In this document: positions 8,931 through 19,242 of the stretch, in pieces
Numbering within the stretch: the first letter of the stretch is position 1
How the letters are laid out: each line of letters starts with the position of its first letter
Source: an uncultured Bacilli bacterium
GTDB lineage: Bacteria > Bacillota_I > Bacilli_A > RF39 > UBA660
Direction of reading: 5' to 3'
Assembly (NCBI GenBank): GCA_934098395.1
Contig: CAKOOM010000001.1
Span: forward strand, 340,896 to 404,895
Length of the DNA: 64,000 bases
Notes under the pieces: model-generated
Told to the model about the DNA's origin: nothing
Seen by the model: the letters and a program-made list of their open reading frames with translations, nothing else
The model's database searches: none
Translations under genes and position numbers: made by a program

Positions 8931-9329
8931 ATGAAAGAGGTCACTAAACTATTAATCAATGATTTTAAGATTAAACAGTTGAACTACGACTTTATGGGCT
9001 ATTCTCTGCAAAAGGGAGATATATATACATTTCATCATTTCTTAGTAGCCAATAGAAATAACGGTCCATATACTTACTGGAATGGTGTGATATTGTGTGG
9101 TAAAACTTCACATCCATATTTACACTTGATAGAAAGCAAAGATGAAGATAGATTCTATGATATAACAAGTGAGTTTTTGGATATGAAGAACAAAGGATAT
9201 TTAGATATAGAAAACTTAAGATACATAGATGCTATATTAGCAAGTTTTGAAAGGGAATATTGCGGTAAGAGAAGTAAAAAAGGAAAGATATTAATAAAAG
9301 AAGAATATACAAAAAGGGTAAAATTATGA
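8931..9329 (+). CDS. putative HNH-family endonuclease (terminase-associated)
   Basis: TFHHFLVANRNNGPYTYWNGVILCGKTSHPYLH resembles an HH..N..H HNH core; positioned directly upstream of terS. Confidence 0.45.
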   Translation: MKEVTKLLINDFKIKQLNYDFMGYSLQKGDIYTFHHFLVANRNNGPYTYWNGVILCGKTSHPYLHLIESKDEDRFYDITSEFLDMKNKGYLDIENLRYIDAILASFEREYCGKRSKKGKILIKEEYTKRVKL

Positions 9330-9508
9330 ATTGGAATAAATGTATGAAAAATTTTAATTGCAAAGTATGTAGTGATTACAATTATTGCAAAGATGAAATT
9401 TTAAATAAAAAAAACAAAAAAACAAGAAGACAAACTTGTATAAAAATAGGAAGTGATAATGATGGCTTTAAACATAAAACAAGAAAAATTTATTCAAAAC
9501 ATAGTTAA
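9326..9508 (+). CDS. small Cys-rich protein (60 aa)
   Basis: ORF track; overlaps the terS start. Confidence 0.3.
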   Translation: MNWNKCMKNFNCKVCSDYNYCKDEILNKKNKKTRRQTCIKIGSDNDGFKHKTRKIYSKHS

Positions 9509-9875
9509 AGGTATGAGTCAAAGAGAAGCATATAAAGATGCTTACAATGCTAAATACAAAGATGAAGTTATAGATGTTAGGGCTTGCGAGTTATTTAATT
9601 CTAGTAAGGTTCAGGTAAGGTATAAAGAGATTATGGTTCAATTAGAAGATAAAACTATTATGAGTGCTAAAGAACGTATGAAATGGTTAACCGAAGTTGT
9701 AAAGGGAATACAAACAAATACAACTTATGGCGAAAACGGGCAAGAATACGAAAATGAAGCATATATAAGCGATAAAATGAAAGCAATCGATTTATTAAAT
9801 AAAATGGATGGTCAATATGTTCAAAGATTTGAAGCAGATTTAGATTTCAATATAAGAGTTGAATTAGATGACTAA
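9453..9875 (+). CDS. terS: terminase small subunit
   Basis: AGGAAG RBS; N-terminal LNIKQEKFIQNIVKGMSQREAYKDAYN typical of terS; ATGA overlap with terL. Confidence 0.75.
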   Translation: MIMMALNIKQEKFIQNIVKGMSQREAYKDAYNAKYKDEVIDVRACELFNSSKVQVRYKEIMVQLEDKTIMSAKERMKWLTEVVKGIQTNTTYGENGQEYENEAYISDKMKAIDLLNKMDGQYVQRFEADLDFNIRVELDD

Positions 9876-11370
9876 AGAAATAAAAATATCAATATCGAAA
9901 AAAGTATTTAATGATGTATATATACCTTATTTAGATAATATAAGCAGATATTTGATATTTTATGGTGGCGCTGGTAGTGGAAAGTCTTTCTTTGTTGTTG
10001 AAAGATATATATATAAAATACTTAATTCAAAAATGATGAACCTATTGACAGTTCGTGCTACTGGTAAGAGCAACAGAGATAGTACATTTGCTTTGTTTAA
10101 GCAAGTTATTAATAAATGGCACTTAGGTATGCACTTCAAAATAAATGAAAGTGATCTAAGAATAAAGTGTTTACTTAATGGCAATGAAATAATATTTAGT
10201 GGACTAGATGATGTTGAAAAGTTAAAATCAGTAACTTTTAGCAAAGGAGAACTTACTGATATATGGATAGAAGAAGCTTCTGAAATACTAGAAAGTGATT
10301 TTAATCAATTAGATGTCAGATTAAGAGGTAAAGGAACTAAAAAACAAATAGTTATATCTTTTAATCCAATTGATATTAATCATTGGTTAAAAAAGAAGTT
10401 CTTTGATGTACCAAGAGATAATTTAACTATAGTACATACAACATATAAGGATAATAAGTTCTTAGATGAAGATTATAAGAAGTTACTAGAAAGTTATAAG
10501 TATACTGATGAGTATTATTATAATGTGTACTGCTTAGGTCAATGGGGTGTTCTAGGAAAGACTGTATTTGATGCGAGAGCAGTAAGCAGAAGATTGCAAG
10601 AAATAACTAGACCAATCAAGACTGGTTATTTTGAATATAAATATGATGATACAATGCCTATTGGAAAGAAGATTACTGATGTAAAATGGGTAAACGACGA
10701 AAATGGTTATATAGAACTATATGAATTGCCTAACCTATACAAATATTGTGTAGGTGGTGATACTGCTGGTGATGGCTCTGATTGGTTTACCGGACACGTT
10801 CTTAATGCTAAAACAGGTAAACAAGTTGCAAGGTTAAGACATCAGATGGATGAGGATTTATATGTAAGGCAAATGTATTGTTTAGGCTGGTATTATGCTA
10901 ATAAGAACTTAAAAACTGGTGTAGTAACACCTGCTCTTATGTGTATTGAAAGTAATTTTAGTAGTTTTCCTAATAAAGAATTAGTACGATTAGGTTATCC
11001 TAATATGTTCGTAAGGGAGAAAGAAGATAGATATACAGGTGTAATGGACAAGTCTTATGGATTCAAAACCACTTCATTAACAAGACCTGTTATAATAGCA
11101 GAACTAGTTAAAATAGTTCGTGAAAATGTTGAATTAATAAATGATAAATTAACACTTGAAGAAATGCTAACTTTTGTCAGAAATGAAAAGGGAAGACCTG
11201 AGGCACAGCAAGGAGCACATGATGATTTGGTTATGGGGCTTGCTATAGCCTATTATTCAAGGACACAAGTAGTATTTGATGTTGAACCGATAAAAGTAAG
11301 TCAAGTATTTAACTTCAAGTCAGAAGAGCCACTAGAGGCTGATTATGGAGAGGAGATAGTGATCATATAA
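9868..11370 (+). CDS. terL: terminase large subunit (PBSX / Terminase_6-type)
   Basis: Walker A YGGAGSGKS; 500 aa; conserved C-terminal nuclease Asp residues. Confidence 0.9.
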   Translation: MTKEIKISISKKVFNDVYIPYLDNISRYLIFYGGAGSGKSFFVVERYIYKILNSKMMNLLTVRATGKSNRDSTFALFKQVINKWHLGMHFKINESDLRIKCLLNGNEIIFSGLDDVEKLKSVTFSKGELTDIWIEEASEILESDFNQLDVRLRGKGTKKQIVISFNPIDINHWLKKKFFDVPRDNLTIVHTTYKDNKFLDEDYKKLLESYKYTDEYYYNVYCLGQWGVLGKTVFDARAVSRRLQEITRPIKTGYFEYKYDDTMPIGKKITDVKWVNDENGYIELYELPNLYKYCVGGDTAGDGSDWFTGHVLNAKTGKQVARLRHQMDEDLYVRQMYCLGWYYANKNLKTGVVTPALMCIESNFSSFPNKELVRLGYPNMFVREKEDRYTGVMDKSYGFKTTSLTRPVIIAELVKIVRENVELINDKLTLEEMLTFVRNEKGRPEAQQGAHDDLVMGLAIAYYSRTQVVFDVEPIKVSQVFNFKSEEPLEADYGEEIVII

Positions 11371-11546
11371 TGAAAAAGAGAGTATATAGAAAAAGACATA
11401 ATAAGGAAATAACTGAAGAAATAGTTCAAGTCGTTGCAAATGCGATTATAGAACTGGCAGATGAAGAAGAAAGAACCGTTGAAGACGTTGTTAATGATAT
11501 TGTTGAAGAAAGCAAATCAGATGACTTTGAAAAAGGTGATAAGTAA
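11370..11546 (+). CDS. hypothetical small acidic phage protein (58 aa, below cutoff)
   Basis: TAATG junctions at both ends. Confidence 0.3.
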   Translation: MKKRVYRKRHNKEITEEIVQVVANAIIELADEEERTVEDVVNDIVEESKSDDFEKGDK

Positions 11547-11794
11547 TGGAAACAATAGCATTACTTTTTTTATTTGGTATTTTTATAATTTTAGCTTATA
11601 CTTTAGGGCTTAAAAATGGTCAAAAATTAAAGAATAATGAAGAGATAAAAATGCCTGAAATTAATCCTATTAAAATAGTTAGAAATGAAATAGATGCTTT
11701 TGAACAAAGAAAGAAACAAGATGTTTACGATACCATAATGGCTAATATAGATAACTATGATGGAACAGGATTAGGACAGAAAGATATTAACTAA
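11546..11794 (+). CDS. small membrane protein
   Basis: N-terminal transmembrane segment IALLFLFGIFIILAYTLGL. Confidence 0.45.
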   Translation: METIALLFLFGIFIILAYTLGLKNGQKLKNNEEIKMPEINPIKIVRNEIDAFEQRKKQDVYDTIMANIDNYDGTGLGQKDIN

Positions 11795-11806
11795 TTAGGA
11801 GGTGAC

Positions 11807-13516
11807 ATGATGGATTTAAACGAAGTAAAAGAAACTGATATATGGGAGCTATATGAAAGAGGTAGAAATTATAATCGACTAAAAGGCCTATATTCAGATA
11901 CTGATAAAAATTATAGAATGTATAATGGTAATCAATGGGCTGGATTAAAGATCAGCGGAATAGAACCCATTCAATTAAATATAATAAAGCCAATAATTAA
12001 GTATAAAGTCGGAGTAATCAACAATAATATGTATTTACCTGTGTTTAGTGCTGAAAACTTTGAAAATAAAGAGTTTAAAGATGTAGCAAATAAAACCTGT
12101 GAACTTCTTAATAAACTAGCTGCTAAAGTATGGGAAAAAGACAATATGGACTACAAAACAAGAGCAATAAGCAAACATTCTGCTATTAATGATGAGTGCC
12201 CAATTTATGTTGACTATGATGAGAAGGCAAATATGCCACAAAATGAGATATTATCAAAGAACGATGTATATTATGGCAATGAGAACGATTCAGATATACA
12301 GAATCAGCCATATATTTTAATTAAGCATAGAAAACCAGTTATTAATACTATTGAAATGGCTAGATTATCAGGAGTGTCAGAGGACAAACTTAGGTATATA
12401 GTTGGTGATAATGATACTTTTGAAGAAGCTGGAGAAGACTCTAGAGAAGAAAAAGATGATATGGTAACTATTATTACTAAACTATATAAAGAAAATGGTA
12501 CAGTCCATTTTAGTCAAGCAACAAGATATTGTGATATAAAAGAAGACAAAGACACAGGGCTTACACTTTATCCACTAGAGCACATGCTTTGGGAAGAAAA
12601 AGAAGGATATGCTCGAGGAGAAGGTGAAGTCAGATATTTAATACCTAACCAGTTAGAAATTAATAAGACTATAATGAGAAGATTAATATCTGCAAAAACT
12701 ACCGCTTATCCACAAAAAATTGTTGATATATCTAAAATACAAAATCCTAATGCAATAGACAAAATTGGTGGCACTATTAAAGTTAATGGTATAAATGTAG
12801 ATGATGTTAAGAAGGCAATTGGAGTTCTTCAGCCAGCGCAAATGAGTGCAGATGTTGAAAAGGTAATGAATGAATTAATATCTACTACTAGAGAATTAGC
12901 TGGTGCTGGAGATATTGCTACTGGTGATGTTAATCCGGAAAGTGCGAGTGGTAAGGCAATATTGGCAGTACAGCAAGCATCACAGATGCCAGTAACTGAA
13001 CAAACATTGTCATTAAAGACCACTTTAGAGGGATTAGCAAGAATTTGGTTAGATATGTGGAAGACATATGCTACCGATGGCTTAGTAATAGACTATGAAG
13101 AATCCAATCCTGCTACTGGTGAAGTAAGTTCTAGACCAGTAAAAGTACCTTATAGTGTATTACAAGAATTACAAGCAAATGTAAAGATAGATATTACACC
13201 AAAGAGCCCTTATGATAAATATGCTCAAGAATTATCACTTGAGAATATGTTAAAGGCAGGATACTTTACTGCTGAAAGATTAGCAGAACTAGAAGTATAT
13301 GTAAGTCTATTAGATGATGACAGTTCAATGCCTAAATCTAAGTTAGAAGAAGCAATAAAGAAAATGAAAGAATCTCAGCAAAGAATAGCAGATGTTCAGA
13401 CAAAGGCTCAAGAATTGCAAATGAAAGCTAATAAATTTATCGCTAATCAACAAGATATAACTGGCATAGGACAATATGGAAATCAATTAATTAATCAAGC
13501 AATGACTACACAATAG
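11807..13516 (+). CDS. portal protein
   Basis: AGGAGGTGAC RBS; 569 aa, directly downstream of terL. Confidence 0.8.
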   Translation: MMDLNEVKETDIWELYERGRNYNRLKGLYSDTDKNYRMYNGNQWAGLKISGIEPIQLNIIKPIIKYKVGVINNNMYLPVFSAENFENKEFKDVANKTCELLNKLAAKVWEKDNMDYKTRAISKHSAINDECPIYVDYDEKANMPQNEILSKNDVYYGNENDSDIQNQPYILIKHRKPVINTIEMARLSGVSEDKLRYIVGDNDTFEEAGEDSREEKDDMVTIITKLYKENGTVHFSQATRYCDIKEDKDTGLTLYPLEHMLWEEKEGYARGEGEVRYLIPNQLEINKTIMRRLISAKTTAYPQKIVDISKIQNPNAIDKIGGTIKVNGINVDDVKKAIGVLQPAQMSADVEKVMNELISTTRELAGAGDIATGDVNPESASGKAILAVQQASQMPVTEQTLSLKTTLEGLARIWLDMWKTYATDGLVIDYEESNPATGEVSSRPVKVPYSVLQELQANVKIDITPKSPYDKYAQELSLENMLKAGYFTAERLAELEVYVSLLDDDSSMPKSKLEEAIKKMKESQQRIADVQTKAQELQMKANKFIANQQDITGIGQYGNQLINQAMTTQ

Positions 13517-13605
13517 TTGTTGCTTTTTAATAGTCCAAGCATTGTAAGACTTTAAAAGAAGATGGAATAGTGAAGTCAAACACTTAAAAAAATAGGAGGA
13601 AAAAA

Positions 13606-14463
13606 ATGAACGAAGAATATGATGTTCAAACACCTGTTACAGATGTAACTGAAAACACTGAAGCTCAATCAGTAGAAGAAAATGAGGAAGGTATAGAATT
13701 AACTGATACCACTTCTCAAGAGGAAGAAAAACAAGAAGTTAAAACTTATACTGCAGAAGAAGTAGAAAAGATGGTTAATGATAGATTAAATACTTTACTT
13801 CCGAAGAAAATCGAAAGAGAAAAAAGGAAAATGGAAAAGCAATATTCTGATAAATTAGCCAAATATGAAGAAACTGACAGTATATTAAAGGCAGGCCTTG
13901 GAACTAAAGATATCTCTGAATCTAATCAAAGAATGAGAGAATTTTATAAAGAACAAGGAATTGATATACCTGCTTATTCAAAACCTAAATATTCTGAAGA
14001 AGATGAAAAGATTTTAGGCAAAGCAGAGGCTACTAAAATCATTGATTTAGGATTTGAAGAAATGCAAGAAGAGGCAAATAGACTGGCTGCTATTGGTGCA
14101 GACAAAATGACACCTAGAGAGAAAGTTATATTTAATACTCTTGCAGATGAACTAACTCATCAAAAACAAGTTAAAGAGTTAGCGGAATTAGGTGTAAAAG
14201 AAGAAATACTAAATAATTCTGAATTCAAAGAATTTGCTAGTCAATTTACTTCAAAAACACCAATTAAAACAATATATGAAATGTATACTGTTACACATCA
14301 GTCTAAACCAAAGATTGAAAAGATAGGAAGCATGAAAAACAATATTTCAAAGGAAGAAAAAGACTTTTATACTCCAGATGAGGTAAATGCACTTACTCCT
14401 GAGGAATGGGAAAAACCAGGTGTCTGGGAAAAAGTAATGGCTTCTCAAAGAAAATGGAAATAA
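13606..14463 (+). CDS. probable scaffolding protein
   Basis: Acidic N-terminus, helical and charged, located between portal and capsid. Confidence 0.55.
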   Translation: MNEEYDVQTPVTDVTENTEAQSVEENEEGIELTDTTSQEEEKQEVKTYTAEEVEKMVNDRLNTLLPKKIEREKRKMEKQYSDKLAKYEETDSILKAGLGTKDISESNQRMREFYKEQGIDIPAYSKPKYSEEDEKILGKAEATKIIDLGFEEMQEEANRLAAIGADKMTPREKVIFNTLADELTHQKQVKELAELGVKEEILNNSEFKEFASQFTSKTPIKTIYEMYTVTHQSKPKIEKIGSMKNNISKEEKDFYTPDEVNALTPEEWEKPGVWEKVMASQRKWK

Positions 14464-14477
14464 AGGAGTGATAGAGA

Positions 14478-15443
14478 ATGAATGATGCAAGACAAACGAT
14501 TTGGCATCAAGGGTATGAAAGAGCCCTAAAGACTATAACTTCATTAAGAAATCATAGCGATTTCAAATATGAAAAAGATACACATAATGCAAGAAAAGTA
14601 ATAATTTTAAATGCAGATAAACCTTTAGTAAGAAAATATACACCAGGAGTTTCAATTGAGAGAGATAAAGCAAGTGTAACTAAAAAAGAATTCGAAATGG
14701 ATCAAATGTATTATTTCAATGTTGGAATAGATCATGTTGATAAAGCACAAACTGTTCCAGGAGCATTAGAAGCAATCTGCGAAGAAGGAGCAATTGCACT
14801 TTCTGAAGAAGGAGACAAATATGTTGCTAAACTAGTTAATGATGGTGTTAATGCTGGTACTGTTGAAGTGGTTGATGGTACATCTGCTACTAAATCAAAT
14901 GCTGTCGAAAAATTAGAAGAAGGCTTTGTTAAATTATATAGAAATAATGTTCCTAAAAACACTGAATTATATTCAGAAAATGATCCAGGATTTTACAGTA
15001 AAATCAGACAAAACTTAACAGAGCTATATACTAACAATGTTGATATGGCTAAGAAAGGTATTGTAGGTAAATATGGTAATGCTTTAATTACTATTGAAAA
15101 CCTTTTACCTAAATTAGATCCAACATATGCTGTTACAACTGATACAGATATTGTTGAAGGCAAAACATATTATACAAGAAGTGGAGAATCAAGTGCTTAT
15201 GTTTATACTGAGGTTACTTCTCCAGCTAAAGCAAGTATAAGTTCTTATTATGAAATTACTGGTTACGGAAAAGTTCTTAATTTCTTAAGAACTAAAAAAG
15301 CTGTTGCATTTGCAGAACAAATTGAAAAAGTAGTTAACTACGAAGTTCAAGATGGCTTTGAAACAGCTCAAAAGGGTTTATATGTGTATGGTGGTCTTTT
15401 AGTAAGACCTAAAGAAATTGTGTGTATCAAGACAAGTCTTTAA
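14478..15443 (+). CDS. major capsid protein (HK97-fold inferred)
   Basis: AAAGGAG RBS; 321 aa after the scaffold gene; strong terminator downstream. Confidence 0.65.
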   Translation: MNDARQTIWHQGYERALKTITSLRNHSDFKYEKDTHNARKVIILNADKPLVRKYTPGVSIERDKASVTKKEFEMDQMYYFNVGIDHVDKAQTVPGALEAICEEGAIALSEEGDKYVAKLVNDGVNAGTVEVVDGTSATKSNAVEKLEEGFVKLYRNNVPKNTELYSENDPGFYSKIRQNLTELYTNNVDMAKKGIVGKYGNALITIENLLPKLDPTYAVTTDTDIVEGKTYYTRSGESSAYVYTEVTSPAKASISSYYEITGYGKVLNFLRTKKAVAFAEQIEKVVNYEVQDGFETAQKGLYVYGGLLVRPKEIVCIKTSL

Positions 15444-15444
15444 A

Positions 15445-15475
15445 AAAAAAGAGAGAGAAATCTCTCTTTTATCGT
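15445..15475 (+). terminator. rho-independent terminator after the capsid gene
   Basis: GAGAGAG-AAAT-CTCTCTT hairpin followed by TTTT. Confidence 0.7.
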
Positions 15476-15535
15476 GTGATTAGTGTTAAGAGTGGTGCAA
15501 TTCCACTCCTCACGACCAAATAGTAGGAGGAAATA

Positions 15536-15946
15536 ATGAAAGTTGAATATTATACATTAAAACCAAGTTTAAAACAGTATTTTGGAAGGAAAGTTAATAA
15601 ATCTTTAACATTTGATGAATGGACTGAAGATAAAAAAGTACATCAGACTTTGAAAGATTTAGAACTTGTAACTGAAATACATGATGAAAGAAAAATGAAA
15701 ATGATAGTTTTAGGAAAAGAAGAAACAATTACTACTGAAGAAATAAGTACTATAAAGCAGAAATTAGCAACTGGAGTGATTTTGATTTGGGATGAACAGC
15801 AAGGGTATATAATCCCACCATATGAAATGGCTACATTAGATGAAATAGAAAAAGATTTGATTGCCATGAAGGATGTATATAGGAGTGATGATAATGACAT
15901 TACTAGAAATGAAGAAAAAAGTATTAAGATTAATCGAGGAAATTAA
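15536..15946 (+). CDS. hypothetical virion / head-completion protein
   Basis: AGGAGG RBS; 136 aa. Confidence 0.45.
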   Translation: MKVEYYTLKPSLKQYFGRKVNKSLTFDEWTEDKKVHQTLKDLELVTEIHDERKMKMIVLGKEETITTEEISTIKQKLATGVILIWDEQQGYIIPPYEMATLDEIEKDLIAMKDVYRSDDNDITRNEEKSIKINRGN

Positions 15947-16448
15947 TGATAAAAGCAAATTATTAACTGATGATCCTGATATAGCAAACAAAATAAATGA
16001 TGTTATAAATCAGATTCAAAATGAAATTGCTAGAATAAAAAAAATACCTGCTAAAGAAGAGTTAGAGGTAACTAAAGGTGATGAGATTGATTTTTCTGAT
16101 ATAGCAAAGGATTTATTTCAAATTAACATTGTTAGAGGAGTTGAAAATGATATCGTAGGTAATACTATTAATTTTTATGGTGATGGTGTTGCTAAGATAT
16201 ATTATTATAAGTATCCTAAACAAATAACTGCTGATACAAAAGATAGTGAGTTTACTTTTGATTTATCAACAGATGTACTTGAAATAATGCCTTATGGTGT
16301 AGCTGGTGATTTACTTAAATCTGATATATCAGCTAGTTATGGACAAGTTTATTCAAATAGATATGAACAAATGTTACAAAGATTAGATCCAAGATTTCAT
16401 ACTGGTAGCATTTATATAGAAGGAGATGACACTTATGAGTTCTTATAG
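15894..16448 (+). CDS. hypothetical virion protein (start moved to the ATG 8 nt after AGGAG; ORF track lists 15873)
   Basis: RBS spacing. Confidence 0.45.
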   Translation: MTLLEMKKKVLRLIEEINDKSKLLTDDPDIANKINDVINQIQNEIARIKKIPAKEELEVTKGDEIDFSDIAKDLFQINIVRGVENDIVGNTINFYGDGVAKIYYYKYPKQITADTKDSEFTFDLSTDVLEIMPYGVAGDLLKSDISASYGQVYSNRYEQMLQRLDPRFHTGSIYIEGDDTYEFL

Positions 16449-18156
16449 TAGTTCAGGTGGCGTTCCAAGTGGGGCATTAGTAACAAGAAAAGTAGATAAC
16501 TTTGCTGGTGTCGATTTTAGTAATAGTGATACTAATTTAGCAAGAAGTCCTGATAGTTTAAATATGTGGAAAAATTATAAAAATAATAGTGCTGGTATAG
16601 AGACAAGGCCTGATATGGAATTAGTAAAAGAATACGATAATACCATATTTGGCCTCTTTTTTTATGATATAGGTAATGAAACTCATAAAATAGTTCATTC
16701 TGGGACTAAACTTTATGATAATGATACCGTAATATTTACTGGAATGAATTTAATTAGGAGCCAAGCATTTATATTTAATAATATATTTTATATAAAAGAT
16801 GGTTTAAATTATCTTGAGTATAACGGAACTGAAATAAAAGAAGTGGAAGGTACAATTCCAACTACAACTATAGGAGATGCTACCGGTGAGGGAACAACAT
16901 ATCAAGATGTAAACTTGCTTACAGGTCTTAGAAAAAATCTAAGAATAGGTGATGGAGAAACAACAAAGTTTAAACTAGATACTGAAAATATAGACAGTAA
17001 TTATGCAGTGACTGTTAAAGTAACTGTAGGCTTAAATGAAATAACTTATGTACAAGGGAAAGATTTTACCGTTAATGTTACAGAGGGAAGTATTACTTTT
17101 AATTCTGCTCCGGCTGCTCCTACTACAGAAGGTCAGCATAATGTAGAAATATTATTCAGAAAAACAATTCAAGGATATAGAGATAGAATTAATAAATGCA
17201 CTATGTTAGCTGTATTTGATAACAGAGTGTTCTTTAGTGGCAATCAAGATTATCCTAATGCAATATTCCATAGTTCATTAGAAGACCCTAGGTATGTTAG
17301 TGATTTAGATTATTGTAATGAGGGGATGGATTTGGCAAAGGTTAAAGCACTAATACCTAGTAATAATGCTCTATGGGTATTAAAAGAACCATCACAAGCT
17401 AATACAACAGTATTTTATCATAATCCGGTGTTAGATAATAATTATGGTAAAGTTTATCCAAGTACACATTCTAGTATATCAACAGGGTGCGTTTCTACTG
17501 GAATAAATTTTAATGATGACATAGTGTTCTTTTCAGATAGAGGGATGGAAGCTATTAGTGGCGATATAACCAGTGAACAAGTACTGGCACATAGATCTAG
17601 TATGATTGATGGCAAATTGCTAAAGGAAGTAAATTATAAAAATATGCTACTAGAAGAGTGGGAAGGCTATCTTTTAGTGATTATAGATAACAAAATTTAT
17701 TTAGCTGATAGTAGGCAAAAATATCAAAATATTAATGTTGAATATGAATGGTATTATTGGGAATTATCTTGTAATATTAGTTGCACTTCTGTTAAAAATG
17801 GAGTGCTTTATTTATGTGGTAACAATAAAATTTATAAATTGACTAAGACTAATGGTGAAATAAATTCTTATTGGACTACTAAGCACCATGATTTTAAATA
17901 TCCTGAATATCAAAAAACCACTAACAAAAGAGGTGGAATTGCTGAAGTAGAAGGTGAAAATATAAAAATAGAAGTTAAAACTGATAGTAATGATTTTGAG
18001 GAAGTTAACACTTATGATAATGTTAAAGGATATATAGTTTATAGAATAAAAAAGAAAAAATGGAAACGTTTGCAAATGAAGTTTAGTTCTACTAAACCAT
18101 TTGGTTTAAATAACTATACATTAGAGTCATTTGTAGGCGGATATGTAAAGAGGTGA
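16435..18156 (+). CDS. virion structural protein, 574 aa (unassigned; tail or collar candidate)
   Basis: Position in the morphogenesis block; GAAGGAG RBS. Confidence 0.5.
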   Translation: MSSYSSSGGVPSGALVTRKVDNFAGVDFSNSDTNLARSPDSLNMWKNYKNNSAGIETRPDMELVKEYDNTIFGLFFYDIGNETHKIVHSGTKLYDNDTVIFTGMNLIRSQAFIFNNIFYIKDGLNYLEYNGTEIKEVEGTIPTTTIGDATGEGTTYQDVNLLTGLRKNLRIGDGETTKFKLDTENIDSNYAVTVKVTVGLNEITYVQGKDFTVNVTEGSITFNSAPAAPTTEGQHNVEILFRKTIQGYRDRINKCTMLAVFDNRVFFSGNQDYPNAIFHSSLEDPRYVSDLDYCNEGMDLAKVKALIPSNNALWVLKEPSQANTTVFYHNPVLDNNYGKVYPSTHSSISTGCVSTGINFNDDIVFFSDRGMEAISGDITSEQVLAHRSSMIDGKLLKEVNYKNMLLEEWEGYLLVIIDNKIYLADSRQKYQNINVEYEWYYWELSCNISCTSVKNGVLYLCGNNKIYKLTKTNGEINSYWTTKHHDFKYPEYQKTTNKRGGIAEVEGENIKIEVKTDSNDFEEVNTYDNVKGYIVYRIKKKKWKRLQMKFSSTKPFGLNNYTLESFVGGYVKR

Positions 18157-18163
18157 TAATAAT

Positions 18164-19231
18164 ATGGCAATTTATGATGTTAATTATGATGATAAGAGAT
18201 TTAAAGATGTTGAGAACGAAAAACAAAGCGAATTAAACAAATATAATGAAACTTATGATAATTTGATAAATGAAAGAAATAATTTTACTAAGGAACAACA
18301 AGATATGGTTGATAGGTGGGAAAATACTCAAAAAGATATTGCTAATAAGAACCTTCAATATCAGAAAGATTTGATAGAACAACAAAGGAAAAAGGCTGAA
18401 CAAGCATATCAAAACGAGGCAAAATCATCCTATATCGACTATCAAAAAGAAGTTGATAAGTATGGTGTTAGTAGAGAAAATGTTGTAAGTAACGGTCTTT
18501 CAAATAGTGGCTATGCTGAAAGCTCCAAAGTTGATATGTATAATACTTATCAAAATAGACTTGGCACTGCTAGAAAAAGCATGCAAGATGCTGCATTAGA
18601 GTTTGATAATGCAATAAGACAGGCACAGTTATCAAATGATGAAACATTAGCACAAAATGCGTTAAAAGCATTACAAGATAAATTAAATATTGCATTGGAA
18701 GGATTTAATTATAAATCAGAACAAGAAAATAATAGATTGAATTGGAATAATACTATTAATAACAATTATTACAATAGATATAAGGATGTTGAGAGTCAAA
18801 TTAATTATGAGAATGAAACCGCTGAAAAAATTAGACAATATAATGAAAATATGGCATATCAAAAAGAACAACAAAGATTAGAACAACAAAGATGGGAACA
18901 AGAAATGGCATATCAAAAACAACAAGATGCTATTGCTAATGCTCAAAAATGGGCTAGTATAAATGCTAGTTATGGTGGTAGTGGTGGAAGTTCATTGACA
19001 GATGGTGGAACAAATGAATTGAGTGGTAAGAATTCTAATTCAAGTTCGAATTCGAATTATACAAAAACAGATGATATTTTTCAAATAAATGGTAAAAATT
19101 ATCCTGTATATAAAGGTAAAGATGGATTTATATATTATTTAAAAGGCAATAGTTATATAAGAATTGCAAACACACGTAAAGGCGGTGGAACAAATTCAGC
19201 TGGTTACGGTGGTAAAAGTGGTGGAAGATAG
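18164..19231 (+). CDS. Q/N-rich virion protein with a Gly-rich C-terminus (internal or core protein candidate)
   Basis: Compositionally biased; coiled-coil; C-terminal GGSGG repeats. Confidence 0.45.
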   Translation: MAIYDVNYDDKRFKDVENEKQSELNKYNETYDNLINERNNFTKEQQDMVDRWENTQKDIANKNLQYQKDLIEQQRKKAEQAYQNEAKSSYIDYQKEVDKYGVSRENVVSNGLSNSGYAESSKVDMYNTYQNRLGTARKSMQDAALEFDNAIRQAQLSNDETLAQNALKALQDKLNIALEGFNYKSEQENNRLNWNNTINNNYYNRYKDVESQINYENETAEKIRQYNENMAYQKEQQRLEQQRWEQEMAYQKQQDAIANAQKWASINASYGGSGGSSLTDGGTNELSGKNSNSSSNSNYTKTDDIFQINGKNYPVYKGKDGFIYYLKGNSYIRIANTRKGGGTNSAGYGGKSGGR

Positions 19232-19242
19232 GAGTAGTTTTT

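Noticed and set aside
8931-9329. HNH gene plus the upstream structured region as an IscB/HEARO-type RNA-guided nuclease
   Set aside because: The protein is only 132 aa with no RuvC segments. It matches the small terminase-associated HNH class instead.
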